Source: Squalus acanthias (lineage: Eukaryota). From it: a DNA stretch of 64,000 nt. This document shows positions 50,883-63,529 of the stretch, in pieces (the stretch's first letter is position 1; every line of letters begins with the position of its first letter). The DNA is taken from contig CM059433.1 in the NCBI GenBank assembly GCA_030390025.1, forward strand, positions 20,710,001 to 20,774,000, in the 5' to 3' direction. The notes beneath the pieces are model-generated. The model searched no databases, was not told the origin of the DNA, and was given only the letters and a program-made list of their open reading frames with translations. Both the position numbers and the translations under genes were made by a program.

Positions 50883-52403
50883 TAACCACCACCACCTTCT
50901 CAAGGGCAATTAGGGATGGGCAATAAATGCTGGCCTTGCCAGCGATGCCCAAATCCCATGAACGAATAAAAAAAAGAAAATGTTGTACACTTCTTCACTT
51001 CAAGGTAGAAATAATGCAAACACACCTTTGTTGCTCTCTTGGAATCTTACTGTACATCCCTCAAGCCCCACATAATGCCATTGCTATTCAGTTTTGCCAA
51101 GATTAAATTTTTGTCTTCTGCACAAGTCATCAAATAAAACTTCTTGAAAATATAACAAATATAACTCTAAATACAAATCCTACCTGATGGACAAAAAGCA
51201 GATGTATTGTCTTGCGTCTTGAAATCCAAATAACATTGCAGAACTGTGTTTAAAATTTGTTATTTTAAATTAAATCGCATTTTTATATTATTATTCTGGA
51301 GTGCAATAAGAATACAGGTGGGGATCAGTAAAATCCATCGCACTATTTGCTTAGTACTTAATCCATACTATATCTGACTTGTAATTAGTTACAGGTGACA
51401 CTAGGTGCAAAAGAAATGGGAAAATATTCAAATACCCATCATCATTGTCTCTCAGTTTGGTGCTTTGATAAGTTCCAAATCCCCCGTCTCAAAACCCTGA
51501 AGCAACCTCAAAAATTCCCACAAAGAATGGCTTTGGGCCTCTGCCTGGTTCTGTGCTGCAGCCATCCTCCCACCACCCTTGTACCCTGAATTTGAAGTAT
51601 AAAGTGTTCTTTTGGTAGCTTATCTTTTAAAGTAACCTCTCCATTTTACACCACAAGTCAGTCTGGGGAGTCAGTCAAATTAATACTGGGCTAATGCTCC
51701 TGACCATAGCTAAGCCAAGGCTACATAGCATTACAGAAATAAGTTTTGGGTGTAGGAACAGTTACAATAGTGAACGGATCATCTTTATTTACCTGGTATA
51801 CTGTGACGCTGCTGGAGGGTGGGAAGCATCTTCTGAAGCTGGCACAGTTCCAGCAAAGGAAAATTTGTTCCTGTATCAATCTGTTCCTAACATGCTGTAC
51901 AATGTTTGTTTAATGGACGGGGTTGGGTAAAAGGGTAAGGGGAAAGCTGGGATTGCTTGTGATAACTTATTCAGTAAGCTGTGTTGTCAGTGGCTTCCCT
52001 CCAGTAGCAATACAGCATCTCCAGTCCCGCACCAATCTGATCAACACTGAACGCTGAACCAACTTCAGTTTCTCTCTGTTACATTAATACTGACATTAAT
52101 TCCACTGAGGAAATGCAAATTGGAACTACAAAAGAGGAGGCAATGAGGTTACCTGTGGGAGTTATCGACAAATTAATTTAAGTGAAAAAATAATGAAATT
52201 ACTTCAGAAAGCTTCTGCAATACTAACAGAACACTGTTGAGGCAGTTTAGCATTTAGATTTGTTGTAATATGTTTCATGAGGTCTACTATTTCCCGTAAG
52301 AATCTTAGTGCTGTATTGCCCCTTATACCATACCAAGAGTTAGTAAGCCCCAGGGTGCTGTTTGCATATCAACTATTTTTCACCCAAGACTGTTTTCTGT
52401 ACT

Positions 52404-52549
52404 ACCCATGATGTGGAGATGCCGGTGTTGGACTGGGGTGGACAAATGTGAGGAGTCGCACAACACCAGGTTATAGTCCAACAGCTTTATTTGAAATCAC
52501 AAGCTTTCGGAGCGCTGCTCCTTCGTCACCTGTTGTGCGACTTCTCACA
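52404..52549 (-). mobile_element. Stand-alone Penelope-A-family pLTR plus tail, with an inverted 5' segment and a truncated hammerhead
   Basis: 12-bp perfect TSD gttttctgtact at 52392-52403 / 52550-52561. 52448-52528 matches 1449-1533. 52531-52549 is the reverse complement of 52447-52465 (1 mismatch). Confidence 0.85.
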
Positions 52550-52829
52550 GTTTTCTGTACTGTCACATGCCCTTGGACGAATTGTCATGACCCCTGTGAT
52601 TATTTTAAATTAATATTCTCCTCAAACTATATGGCTGTGTGGTGTAACATGGATAAAAAACTTTTAAGTGGGGACAGCCAAAATAAAAATGCCCCCATGG
52701 TATCCGGACGACATAAATTCCTCACTCTTCAAGATGTTCAGCGTGGGGATGCCAGAGGAATGGTTTTTCCGTGGCTTACAGATAGCGATAAAGAATCTTA
52801 TTGGTACAGAACCATTGTAAAATCCACTG

Positions 52830-53027
52830 TAAGCTCTGGAATTCCCTCCTTATACCTCGCCGCCTCTCTACCTCTCTCTCCTCCTTTAAGACTCCCTTTA
52901 AACCCTACCTCTTTGACCAAGCTCCTTATGTGGCCCGGTGTCAAATTTTGTTTGATTACGCGCCTGTGAAGTGGTTTGGGACGTTTTACTATGTTGAAGG
53001 CATTATATAAATGCAAGTTGTTGTTAT
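52830..53027 (+). mobile_element. L2 LINE 3' tail fragment
   Basis: KLWNSL..SFKTPFKPYLFDQA; ataaatgcaagttgttgtt end. Confidence 0.75.
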
Positions 53028-53112
53028 AAATGCATGGTTGCACTGTTTCTATCATCATCACAACCTGTAGGAAATATGAACACTAAATCCTGCTCAATAT
53101 GTAAGAACGATT

Positions 53113-53304
53113 GGGGTAAATATTCAACCTGCTGCCTGGGCGTAAAACTGGTGTTGTGGATGAGCCACTCGTTATAGTAACCGCCCAATTTTCTTTTCCA
53201 TTGAAACTATTCCCATGGAAATGGAAGTCAGGCAATTTCTACAATGGGCGGCCGATTTCGCAACATCAGTTTCACAACCGGGTGGCAGGTTGAAAATCTA
53301 TCCC
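53113..53304. mobile_element. Palindromic (fold-back) MITE, about 190 bp
   Basis: Arms ggggtaaatattcaacctgctgcctggg..aaactggtgttg and caacatcagtttc..ccgggtggcaggttgaaaatctatccc are imperfect reverse complements; flanks att/act. Confidence 0.72.
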
Positions 53305-54870
53305 ACTGTGTTAGAAATTCAATATATAACCTATTGCACCAACATCCAAAGACTGGAAAATTGGATTGGGGTTTACCACTCATGGATCGTGTTTAAACTA
53401 TCAACTTTCAAAGATCTTTGATAGTCTCCAAACTTTTCTCAAAAGCTTCCTAAAACTTACCAAAACTTTTCTGATTTAGCTTATTAGAATCCATCTTTAA
53501 GTACCTTAGCAGTATCACAAAGGAAATCTCACTTCAAGTGATATGACCAATAAAGAGAACTGGTTCAGCCGTATGGACTACTTTCAAAGGTGAAAATCAA
53601 TTTAACAGACATGTCAAAAATTGTATTGGGCATATCGTTATTAGTTTTGACAAAAAAGTCTGCCAATTATTTCATTTATTCATTTTTCTGCTTTCCAAAT
53701 CATGATGAGGAGACAACCCTCTGATAACAGTTCTTTTTCAAGATCTCATTAAAAGCCTGTCTAAATGTGACATGTAAGTCTGTCTATGCTGTTCCATTTT
53801 GGCAGACCCCAGCTCAAGCTGGTTCAAGAATATTCAGTAACTACACCTGGCTATAGCAGAATGTGTGAATGCTTTGCGTGTCGTACGATGATTATCCCAA
53901 ACTATGATTAACCTTTAACTTGCACATTGGAGCAGTTCTCACAGATCTTTCATCATTTTGCATTAGATTTGTAGTAAACTTAGAACCACCTGTAGCAATG
54001 GAAAATAAATTAGGTATTTCATTAAAAGAGTAAGTGAAGGTGGACTGGACGCATCAGGAAGTTAGAAAATTACTTTTTTACTTCTGGAACATGGGTTTCA
54101 ACCTAGTCCCGAGCAGACTGAGTGAGATGAATATCTCCTCCCTGATTGTAACCTTATTTTAATGATGCTATTGCGTCAGATTAATACTAATAAGGGTGTA
54201 GATTCGGTACTATAATTGTCGCAGAGAGTTTCAAAATCAAAATCCACTTTAGTCACAACACCTCCATCAACACTTGCTCAAGGTGGTTGTCAGTGGAGCG
54301 ATATTGTGTAACAACTGGAACTGACAGTGTCCCAGAATTCAATATTCATAATATCATTATGTAGATTGATATCACCCTATATCTTATGACAGTAGATGGT
54401 CTACTGAAGATGGATATAACGTATGCAAGCAAGTAATATTAGTCACATACACTGGGCTCTCCCATTTTTTTCAGACCTCCGTGCATCACTGCCCAAGTGC
54501 ATGCTATGAATGACCAAGTGTGTTTGTACGTGCGCATTGGTGTTCTGAGTGTCTGGAGGCAAAATAAGCTAGCCATCATAACTGAAGCAGCAATGCTTAA
54601 TGCGCCTTACTTGCAATGTCACATTAATATAACAAGGACACAATACTCCCGAATCGAAATAGCTTGGGGCAATCTCACGCCAGTTCCTAGCAGGAATTAA
54701 TCCACAGCACAAAATCACTCGTGATTCATCACTAATTGATATTCTGTGGGAGACTTTAACCCTAGCTGCCCGGTGGAAACCAGGCAGGTGGACAGTTAAA
54801 ATCGCCCTGGTTACTTACCTGCTGGAAAGCCACCAGGAACTCACCATTCCAAATTTCAACCTGCTCGACT

Positions 54871-54979
54871 GACCCAACTGTAATGTTAACTTGACCCAAC
54901 TGTAATGTTAACTTGACCCAACTGTAATGTTAACTTGACCCAACTGTAATGTTAACTTGACCCAACGGTAATGTTAACT
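54871..54979. repeat. 22-bp minisatellite, 5 copies (gacccaactgtaatgttaactt)
   Basis: Four perfect head-to-tail copies plus one variant, no spacers. It lies within a decayed MITE-like block (about 54747-55325). Confidence 0.95.
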
Positions 54980-55355
54980 GGTGGCCTGAGAGTGGAAACT
55001 ACTGTAGCTTTCCCGCCAGGTGAAGAAAGCAGGAAGAGGAGCTTGGACCAGAAGAGGCCCAAACAGATACATTTTTGTACTTTCCATGTGGGTGCTCCTC
55101 CAAGTCCCAGAAGAAAAGCTTAGGTTTGTCCTGCTGCAAGCTGCCCCTCTTCCCATCCGCCAGACGGTCCCCAAAGCTGATTCCGCCACCAACCTGGTGT
55201 CACTGGGCAGCCTCTGAGCCACGCGGGTTTTGAGGCCCAGGAGCTAACATATCCTGGGCCTCATTTCTTAGGGAGCGATGAGTTTCCAAATCACCTCACT
55301 GCCCACCTGCCCAAAAATTGGTCTCATAAGTTATATAACATGCCAAAAAGAAGCA

Positions 55356-55790
55356 ATTTTTTTTTATTCGTTCCTCGGATGTGGGCGTCGCTGGCAAGGT
55401 CAGCATTTATTGCCCATCCCTAATTGCCCTTGAGAAGGTGGTGGTGAGCTGTCTTCTTGAACTGCTGCACTCCGCGTGGTGAAGGTACTCCCACAGTGCT
55501 GTTAGGGAGGGAGTTCCGGGATTTTGATCCAGCGATGATGAAGGAACGACGATATATTTCCAAGTCAGGATGGTGTGTGACTTGGAGGGGAACTTGGAGG
55601 TGATGGTGTTCCCATGCGCCTGCTGCCCATGTCCTTCTAGGTGGTAGAGGTCGCGGGTTTGGGAGGTGCTGTCGAAGAAACCTTGGCGAGTTGCTGCAGT
55701 GCATTTGTAGGTGGTACACACTGCAGCCACGGTACGCCGGTGGTGGAGCGAGTGAATGTTTAAGGTGGTGGATGGGGTGCCAATCAAGCC
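55356..55790 (-). mobile_element. CR1-group LINE 3' fragment (second family)
   Basis: LIGTPSTTLNIHSLHHRRTVAAVC; RSFIIAGSKSRNSLP...FKKTAHHHLLKGN; A-rich tail. Confidence 0.78.
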
Positions 55791-57518
55791 AATTCTACTG
55801 GCTGCACTCAGGAATCAAGGTAAAGACAATGTTGAGATAGGGCAGGGGTGGACTGACCCAACATCTGACTGAGAATGTTTGATATTTACACTGGAATGGT
55901 CAAAGTACAGAAGTATTCCTTTCTCTCACAGTGATATTCCTCATCTTGATCAACAGAAAATGCAACAATATTGTTAAAAATTAGACAGAATACAAATATT
56001 CGTAATCTAGAGGTCACAATAAATACACCAGCATTTATCTACATGAATTGGGCTGATGAGGAACCAACGCCTCTTGATAACTATTTATTATTTTGCCTGT
56101 ACAGTGATTAAATAACCATTTTAGCAGAATTAGTTTCATGCAGAAATTCCGCTGAAGTGTACAGTATTATAATTCACTTCAATGATGTATAGATTAAATT
56201 AATTGATTTTTTAATTAATGGCAACACCAGTGCTAATTGTTTGCAGTACCTAGAGACTTACAGAACTTGGTTAAGTGCTTTCAGTGTAAATATTTACTCC
56301 CCTATGCATTCCAGATCTTATTTTCTACTGGCCTCTCCATGCAGTGAAATCTTCAAATGTTAGAGATCCTTGTACCACCTGCAAGAATAAGATATTTTTG
56401 TTCAACTAAAAGTAGAATGGCAATAGAAAACTGATCTCAGCTTCACTGTATACAAGCAGATGAACAACTCTGAGATTACTGCTGGCTAAAGGTTAAACTC
56501 AGTGGCAATCCCTCTGTATCAGGTTAGCAGAAAAATCTCATTTTCTTCTCCATTATGTGGCCTCCTCTCATGAGGGATTGACTCTGACTGGAGTGCGGCT
56601 CAACATGTTTTGACAACCCCCTCCCCCCGGTACCCCACCCAAGCGATCGTGTGATACTTGACAATGTACACTGACCGCTTAACAAATGAGTCTGATCCTT
56701 TCCTCACCTGCTGTTCATACATGTGTACTTTTCCACAGATGTCGTTGATCAGAAGCAGCAAGCTTGGCTGAAATGTTTTGTTTTTTACCCCATCCACTTG
56801 CCCAAAACCATGAGGCAGGTTTTCGTTTCCCAGCTGTGATCAGTTAGCTCGGCACAAACTGCGAATTGGACCTGGGACCTTTCTGAACTGTTATCGCCTG
56901 GAAATTGCTATTGGTCCTTTTTTCAGTGATAAACTGTGGGTTACTAAAACTGCCTGGTTTACTTGAAATTGTGTCAATTCTACGCTCAATAATAATCCTG
57001 GCGGTTGGATGGGCCTTGTATTGGTGCTGCTGGGTACCACAACAGTGTCATCACCTAGGGCTGAAACAGGTAGCTTTGGCCACCCAAGAGGATTCCTTGC
57101 ACTCTTGTCTTCTCTTCAAACAAGTCTGGCACAAAATCAAAGGTATCAAGGGAACTTTCAGGGAACCAGGCAGTGCCCTATATGATGCAGTTAAAGCAGG
57201 AAGGTACTGAAAGATCCATAGAGCTGACCAAGCTTGTTCTTTTGCCCCTCTGCAAATTTAAATGTACTGAAAAGTTCCGAAGCATCTTCTCTAAAGACAG
57301 GCAGGGAGCGAGAATATTGCCACTCTCTCAGCTATTTTTCAGCTTCAATACAAGTCGAGCACAGTTGGAAAAGTCACTTTCATGAATCACCACTTTTCAC
57401 GTACAGTTTTCCAGGCTCCAAGGTCCAGGGAGTTTCAACTGCTCCATTTTATTATCACAATTCTGCAATCCCACTTCCATCATCATGAGGCGGGGAGGGC
57501 GGGGCGGGGTGGTGGGCA

Positions 57519-57608
57519 GGGGGTAATCTTGACTGGTTGATAGTGTAAAACGGTGGCTGAATCCATAGTGCCCGTTTTACACTATCACCAAAAGTCAAAA
57601 TTACCTCC
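57519..57608. repeat. 90-bp hairpin (mini-MITE-like inverted repeat)
   Basis: Perfect 16-bp arms tgatagtgtaaaacgg (57538-57553) and ccgttttacactatca (57572-57587); outer arms ggggtaatcttgact / agtcaaaattacctcc. Confidence 0.85.
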
Positions 57609-58266
57609 CATGTTTTATGGGCTACAAACATGGCATAAGTCAGGTATCAGAAAGTTGCTTTGGATTACAGAGGAGGTGCTAGATAGTTGTAGATTATTAC
57701 TGTAAACACCCAGAAGTCTGCCCTTTGGCAAATCCAAGTAATAATTTGGTCATTCAGCAATAAAGTCTATACTCTCCACAAATGGTCTTCAGTGATGATG
57801 GATTTGTCAAATCATGGAAGTTGATAAATTTGTGAAACTTCGAGAACACTGTTTTTAACCCCTTAACCCAAATCAAATGGTCTTGTTGGAAAAATTCATA
57901 CAGTCAAGAATATCATTAGAAAAACAAGTGACTGTGGTCAAGATCCACACAAGGCTTTAGGAGTACACTGGAGTAAGTCCTTGGAGAATGGATTTTCTGC
58001 AGTGCAATTTTTGATGATTCATTGCACCTACTCCAACTTAACTATTGAGGGCTACCTCCTCACCATTAGCTACGCTAACAAAGTGCACAAGACAAAGAGA
58101 ATTCAGAGGAGGAAACAGAAATGTTATCATGGCTGGTGTGCCAAACCTCTACCTTTGTTGCTGCCTGATAACTTGATTCATGTCTGAAATGAATGCATGT
58201 TACCGAGGTTTTATCTTGTGAATAGCAGTGGCAGATTTAGAGCTACATTGTAATCAGAGAGAACTT

Positions 58267-58507
58267 GGGGTAATTTCGCAAGGCCCTGCTCCTGGCACAG
58301 AGCCTCACTAACTTGAAGTCTAGATGGGAGAAATGGACCTGGAGGTCAGCATGCCCAATTTACAGTGCTATTGATTTTCCAGTCATTAAAGTCAATCACC
58401 AGAAAATCAGGAATGCTATGAATCAGGTGCACTGACCTCCACAGCTAATCCTCTGATCCGAGTGAGGCATTGTGCTGGAAGTGAAGCATGGCAAAGAAAA
58501 TTGCCCT
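58267..58507. mobile_element. Decayed palindromic MITE
   Basis: Termini ggggtaatttc / gaaaattgccct; TSD ctt/ctt; inner arms ggcacagagcctcac / gtgaggcattgtgct and gaggtcagc / actgacctc. Confidence 0.68.
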
Positions 58508-58705
58508 CTTATTAAAATTAATAAATCAGATATTCAGAGGAATTTATTGCATGATGTTAACTCAGGAACTACCATAGCAGATGTATGATCAGCTTATAAA
58601 TAAATCAGACCATTAAATCAATGCAATCAGCTAGGTATAAAGAAGCATTCACACGGTCTGTAGTGTTGATGGGAAGTGGCTTTGCTTCTCAATGACACCA
58701 TTATA

Positions 58706-59328
58706 GGGGTAGAAATTGCAGCATGAACTGTACGCAAGGAACGATCCCTGCACCGGAACAGGTAGGCCCGAGGCCCGATCAGTCTCAGGCCTCATTTAAA
58801 GTAGACCGGCGAGATGTGGACGCCTTTTGCGCCTTTCCAAGCCGTCGCCGGAAAAGCGGACATCAATCGGGTTGGAGCGGGCTATGGGGGGAGTCAGTTG
58901 TGACCCCTGTAGAGTCGGGGGAGCACTCCTGTTCCTCCTGGCTCCACAGGAAGCGTTTTTAAAAATAAATGTATAATTTATCTTTCGTTGGTATCCTCTG
59001 AAGAATCTTGGGTGGGGCAGCCCCAACGCCTGATCCAGGATTGATCCTCTGGGGCCTACAAAAATAATCTGGGCTGCTGCTGCCCCATTACCCCCATCAA
59101 CTGCTATCCCGACATCCCCTAAACATACCTTTCTGGTGGCTGCCCCGTCTCAATTTGAGACCTCAATCCGACAAGCTACTCCTGAACGCCTGTTTGGGGC
59201 CCCGCGGCTCGCCTGCCAAATTTAAATAAGGCTGGGCCCTCAAAATTGCTGGGCCTCTTCGCTGTGGGAACGGGGCAGCTGACTAGGGCACTTCACTGGT
59301 CAGTCGCCCAAAAGTCAAAATCGATCCC
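58706..59328. mobile_element. GC-rich Harbinger-type MITE, decayed
   Basis: ggggtagaaattgc start resembles the other MITE TIRs; internal motif shared with 9316-10047. Confidence 0.5.
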
Positions 59329-60346
59329 AGTGTGTTCTCGAACCAATGACACAACGTCCTGTTTTAATGGCATTGAGCCCCATGATGAAAATGAAAGAAA
59401 TAGCCAGAAAATGGTGTTGTGGATATCAGGTAACAAAGTGACGAGGCAACAATTGTTTCCATGACCAAGACAGTGGTCTTTGTACCTTACACTTTGGAAT
59501 TATCTGAAGGTTCACTGCTTCGATGCAGATTTTCTATCGGCTCTGCGTTGGTTTACTCTGACTGAACGAATGCGAACGCATCAGTGAATGAACAATCTTT
59601 GTTGCTTGGAACTTTTATTTTATCTTAATCGTTATTGTGCTGGCTTAAAGAAATTAGAAAGAAAATTAAAAACAGGAAAGTAATAGAAAGATGAAAAGAT
59701 ATGCCCATAAGCAACTCCCTATGCTATACTTCTGCATTCACAGAAGCAATTTTAATTATTTGTTCCAAGCTTAAATAAGAATGTTACTACTCACCGCAGA
59801 CAACTTAATGAGTTTTTAATTCTTCAAACAAATTAGTTCTGTGGTTAAAGTGCTTTGTAATTATATATATGTTTAAATGTTAACTGCTATCTTCAGCCAT
59901 CCAAAACACTTTTGGGGGTTGTTAATGGCATTTTCTCAGTGAAGTGTACTCATAAGAATATGTTTTTCAAAAATAATTTCCTCAATACATTGGTTGTATC
60001 ATTGACTTGTAATGTTTGTTAAAAAAGAAAGACTTGCATTTATATAGCGCCTTTCACAATCTCAGGTCTCCTGAAGCACTTTACAACCAATGAAGTACTT
60101 TTGAAGTGTCGTCACTGTTGTAATGCAAGATCCGTGCTGTACACGCTGTAGACTGTCGTCGTTTCTGATTTGCCATCTGTTTTCTGTCACAATTGTCAGC
60201 TTCACTCCACGCATCTTGCATTTACATAGCCTTTCTAACTTAGAAAAAGTCCTATGGTGCTTCACAGAGGGGAGAGAAAAATAATATTCCATCATTTGTG
60301 ATCTGTCTCAGCGTCCCAAATTCTGCATTTAATTTTAAAGTCTCAA

Positions 60347-60712
60347 GAACAACAACTTGTATTTATATAGTGCATTTAACGTCGTAAAACATCCCAAGGT
60401 GCTTCACAGGAGCGATTATCAAACAAAATTTGACTCTGAGCCACATAAGGAGATATTAGGGCCGATGACCAAAAGCTTGGTCAAAGAGGTAGGTTTTAAG
60501 GAGCATCTTAAAGGAGGAAAGAGAGGTGGAGAGGTGGAGAGGTTTAAGGAGGGAATTCCAAAACTTAGGGCTTTGGCAGCTGAAGGGACGGACACCAATG
60601 GTGGAGCGATTAAAATCGGGGATGCTCAAGAGGCCGAATTGGAGGAGTGCATATATTTTGCAGGGTTGTAGGGCTGGAGGAGATTACAGAGATAGGGAGG
60701 GGTGAGGCCATG
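60347..60712 (-). mobile_element. L2 LINE 3' fragment
   Basis: aacaacaacttgtatttatatag... is homologous to 32546-33390. Confidence 0.82.
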
Positions 60713-60943
60713 ATACCAATGATCAGAACTGCGTCCCCATCTACAACCTGTTACCATTGATTCCAGGTGTTAGCTGGTGACACAATGGTACTGTATGGTC
60801 TTTAATCATGCTTACTTACTTTGTAAAATTTGTTTAGTTCCTGAAATCATACATGAGAGAATTTGACCTTGTTAGAAGAGGCATTGCTTCCGAAAGTTAC
60901 AAGCATTGACATTTACTCCTTAACTCAATACAATAAATACCAA

Positions 60944-61629
60944 GGGGGAAGAATTTGGTCGCGCCCCCTTTGGGTCGCTAACTACTTTTAGCGCCCTGAA
61001 AAAGTTAGCGCCCCTGCGCCCGAAATTCACTGGTAGTGTCCCAAGCAGGAGGCGGGGCACTACTGGAAGCGCTCCCCCTCCCTCTTGGGGCGCCACCATT
61101 GAATATGGTGGCGCATGGGTGTACTGCAGGCCTTCCTCCCCTTATTAAAGGGAGAGGGGCCTTGCGCAGCATGACCTGGGGCCCAGTTGAACCACCAGGG
61201 ATCGGGGTGCCAGCAAAAGAGCCCGGCACTCAAGAGGAGTGCCGGGCTGACGGAGTGCGGCCAGCACCACATGGTGGGGCTGCATAGGAGGCCGGGAATG
61301 ACAAAGGGGGCAGGTGCTGGGGCAGGTGCTGGCCGGTGGCCAGCAACAAAAATGGCCACCCGACACCTCCCCTTTAAATATCGCTGCCCTGGCCGCACGT
61401 ACGCCCCCCTGACCCTGTCGGACATAACGTTGGCGGTAAGTCGGGGGCGCTACCGAAGTTCGCAGCCGGGGCACGAGCGGGGCGCTACGCACGGCGATGA
61501 CAATTACTGCTGCCGCTAACCTCCCGCTGAATTTTGCGGGAGGCGTTAGTGGCACCGCGCCCAGGCGCTAGTTGCTTTGCGCCCCGTTAGGCGCTAATGG
61601 GAGGTGCAAAGCAACCGAATTTTGCCCCC
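60944..61629. mobile_element. Harbinger-type MITE (family of 19398-19953, opposite orientation)
   Basis: Termini gggggaagaattt / gaattttgccccc; repeated gcgcccc/ggggcgc motifs; reverse-complement homology to 19420-19950. Confidence 0.75.
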
Positions 61630-61767
61630 ACAAATGTTTACCCAGAAAAATAACTCGTAATATTTTTATTAAATGCCCAAAAATCACTACAAAGCTCTTC
61701 GATCACAATCTCTGCAGAGTGGAATATGGCTACCATGAACTAGTTTGCCACCTGATCAGAAATAGTA

Positions 61768-62190
61768 AAGAAAGAAATTTCATTTATATAGTGCCTTTCA
61801 AGATATGTCCCAAACGCTTCAACGCCAAACAAGTACGTTTGAAGTGTACTTACTGTTGTAGCATAGAGAAACACGCAACCAATTTGCACAGAGCGAGGCC
61901 CCACAAGCAGCAATCAGATAAATGCCCAGATAATCTTTTTAGAAAAGTGATGTTAGTTGAGGAATAACTATTGCAAGAACTCCCCTGCTTTTCTTCAAGT
62001 GCTTAGAGGGCAGAATGGGTCCTTTTGTTTAACATCTTATCCAAAAGTTAGCCTCTCTGAAAGTGCAGCACTCCCTCAGTACTGCATTGAAGTGTTAGCT
62101 CAGATTATGTGCTCAAGTCTCTGGAGTTGGGCTGGAACTCACAACCTACGAACTCAGAGACAAGAGTGCTGCCACCGAGTCAAGGTTGAT
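61768..62190 (-). mobile_element. DeuSINE (SacSINE1-like), diverged
   Basis: gcagcactccctcagtactgca, gattatgtgctcaagtc and gaaagaaa tail, as in the other copies. Tail-only copies also occur at 11146-11240, 36238-36340, 43133-43242 and 60024-60130. Confidence 0.72.
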
Positions 62191-63529
62191 GTCTTGATGA
62201 TATTGCTGATGTGTGAATTGTAAGAAAATATTGGAGTCCCTTAGGACTGTCTGTTCGAAGGTTCGAAGCTGACTCCACATTGGTAACAGTTATGATTTTA
62301 TTTAAGCATAAGTGAGACATAATACATTACAGTATTTGAGCAGCAGTTTACAAAGTACAATTACGAATCATATTACCTGTTATAACTGTCCTAACTGTCC
62401 TTTGGGTAGTAGGCGTGGCCCATTCCTCATTCCTTCTACTTGCATACATGTTTGCACCAGTCCGGATTGGTGCCCTTCCTGACCCTTCTACACTGAGATT
62501 GACCCAAACCCACGAGGATATACCCCAAAAACCGGAACTACAGAAAGATCTGCATAATCATGTTTCTCCCATACCTCCCATTCTACCCAATCAGAAGCCC
62601 GGCAAGATCTGTGGCCAGCACAGGCCTTGGGCCCTCCCTTATCTGAGCCCAGCACAAGCTTTTTCTGTTTCCATGGTGATGACGTAACCCAGAACCTTGG
62701 TGACAATGGCTTCTGCTTAGAGTCTGGTATTTAACATACTTCAACCTAATTCTAACAGGAAGATCAAATTAAGAAAACTGTATTAACTTAATAAAAACTA
62801 TAAACTGGCCATCGTAGTATTAAACTACGGTCTAGCAGATCTTAATACTGAAAATTAGTAAAAGGAATTTAGCTGGTTATGTTTCAACGACTCCCAGTAG
62901 TTCAGACATTCCCACAAGAAGAAAGAGATAAGAGATAGAGCTGGAGATATGTAGGCAACTCGTGTTCTTTTCCTTACAAGTATATTTTCGCCATACAGAA
63001 GGCCATTTGTGACGCACCCAGCACCTGCGCTCTGCAAGCTGTGGATTTTGCAATATAGCAGTTCCAACAAACAGCTTGGGGGGGTCATTCAACCCTTGCA
63101 ATGCCTGATCCCTCAAAAATACCCTCAAAAGCCCATATTCTTACAGATTGTAGGAAAGCTAAAATCTGTCAAAGCATGTTTGCCATAACATTTGATTTAT
63201 TTTTCTCAAACAAACGTCATAGCGGAAAGATTGATCAGAAACTCAACTGTCAAGATCAGAATTGAGGGCCATATTTTCTTCTAGGAAAAAAATGGAGAAA
63301 TCTCTATTTCTAATCATTTTTTAGTTGTGAACAACCATCCAAATCAAGAGTTTGTACACTTTAGAAATATCTGATTGTTGGGAATGTAACTTCTTTTTGT
63401 GGAAAAGAAAATCACAGCTGGTCGCAATGCGCCTGCAATAATCCTTTAACACTTCTCAAGGAACTAATGAGCCACTTATCCAATATAAATGTCATAAAAG
63501 TTGATTATTCCAGCTGTGGAGTGTATAAT

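Noticed and set aside
54871..54979. Regular short repeats resembling a CRISPR array
   Set aside because: Head-to-tail 22-bp units with no spacers, no cas genes and a vertebrate context; this is a minisatellite.
60944..61629. CpG island or internal promoter (also 9316-10047 and 19398-19953)
   Set aside because: The GC/CpG richness is bounded by TIR-like ends and repeated elsewhere in the window, so it is explained by MITEs.
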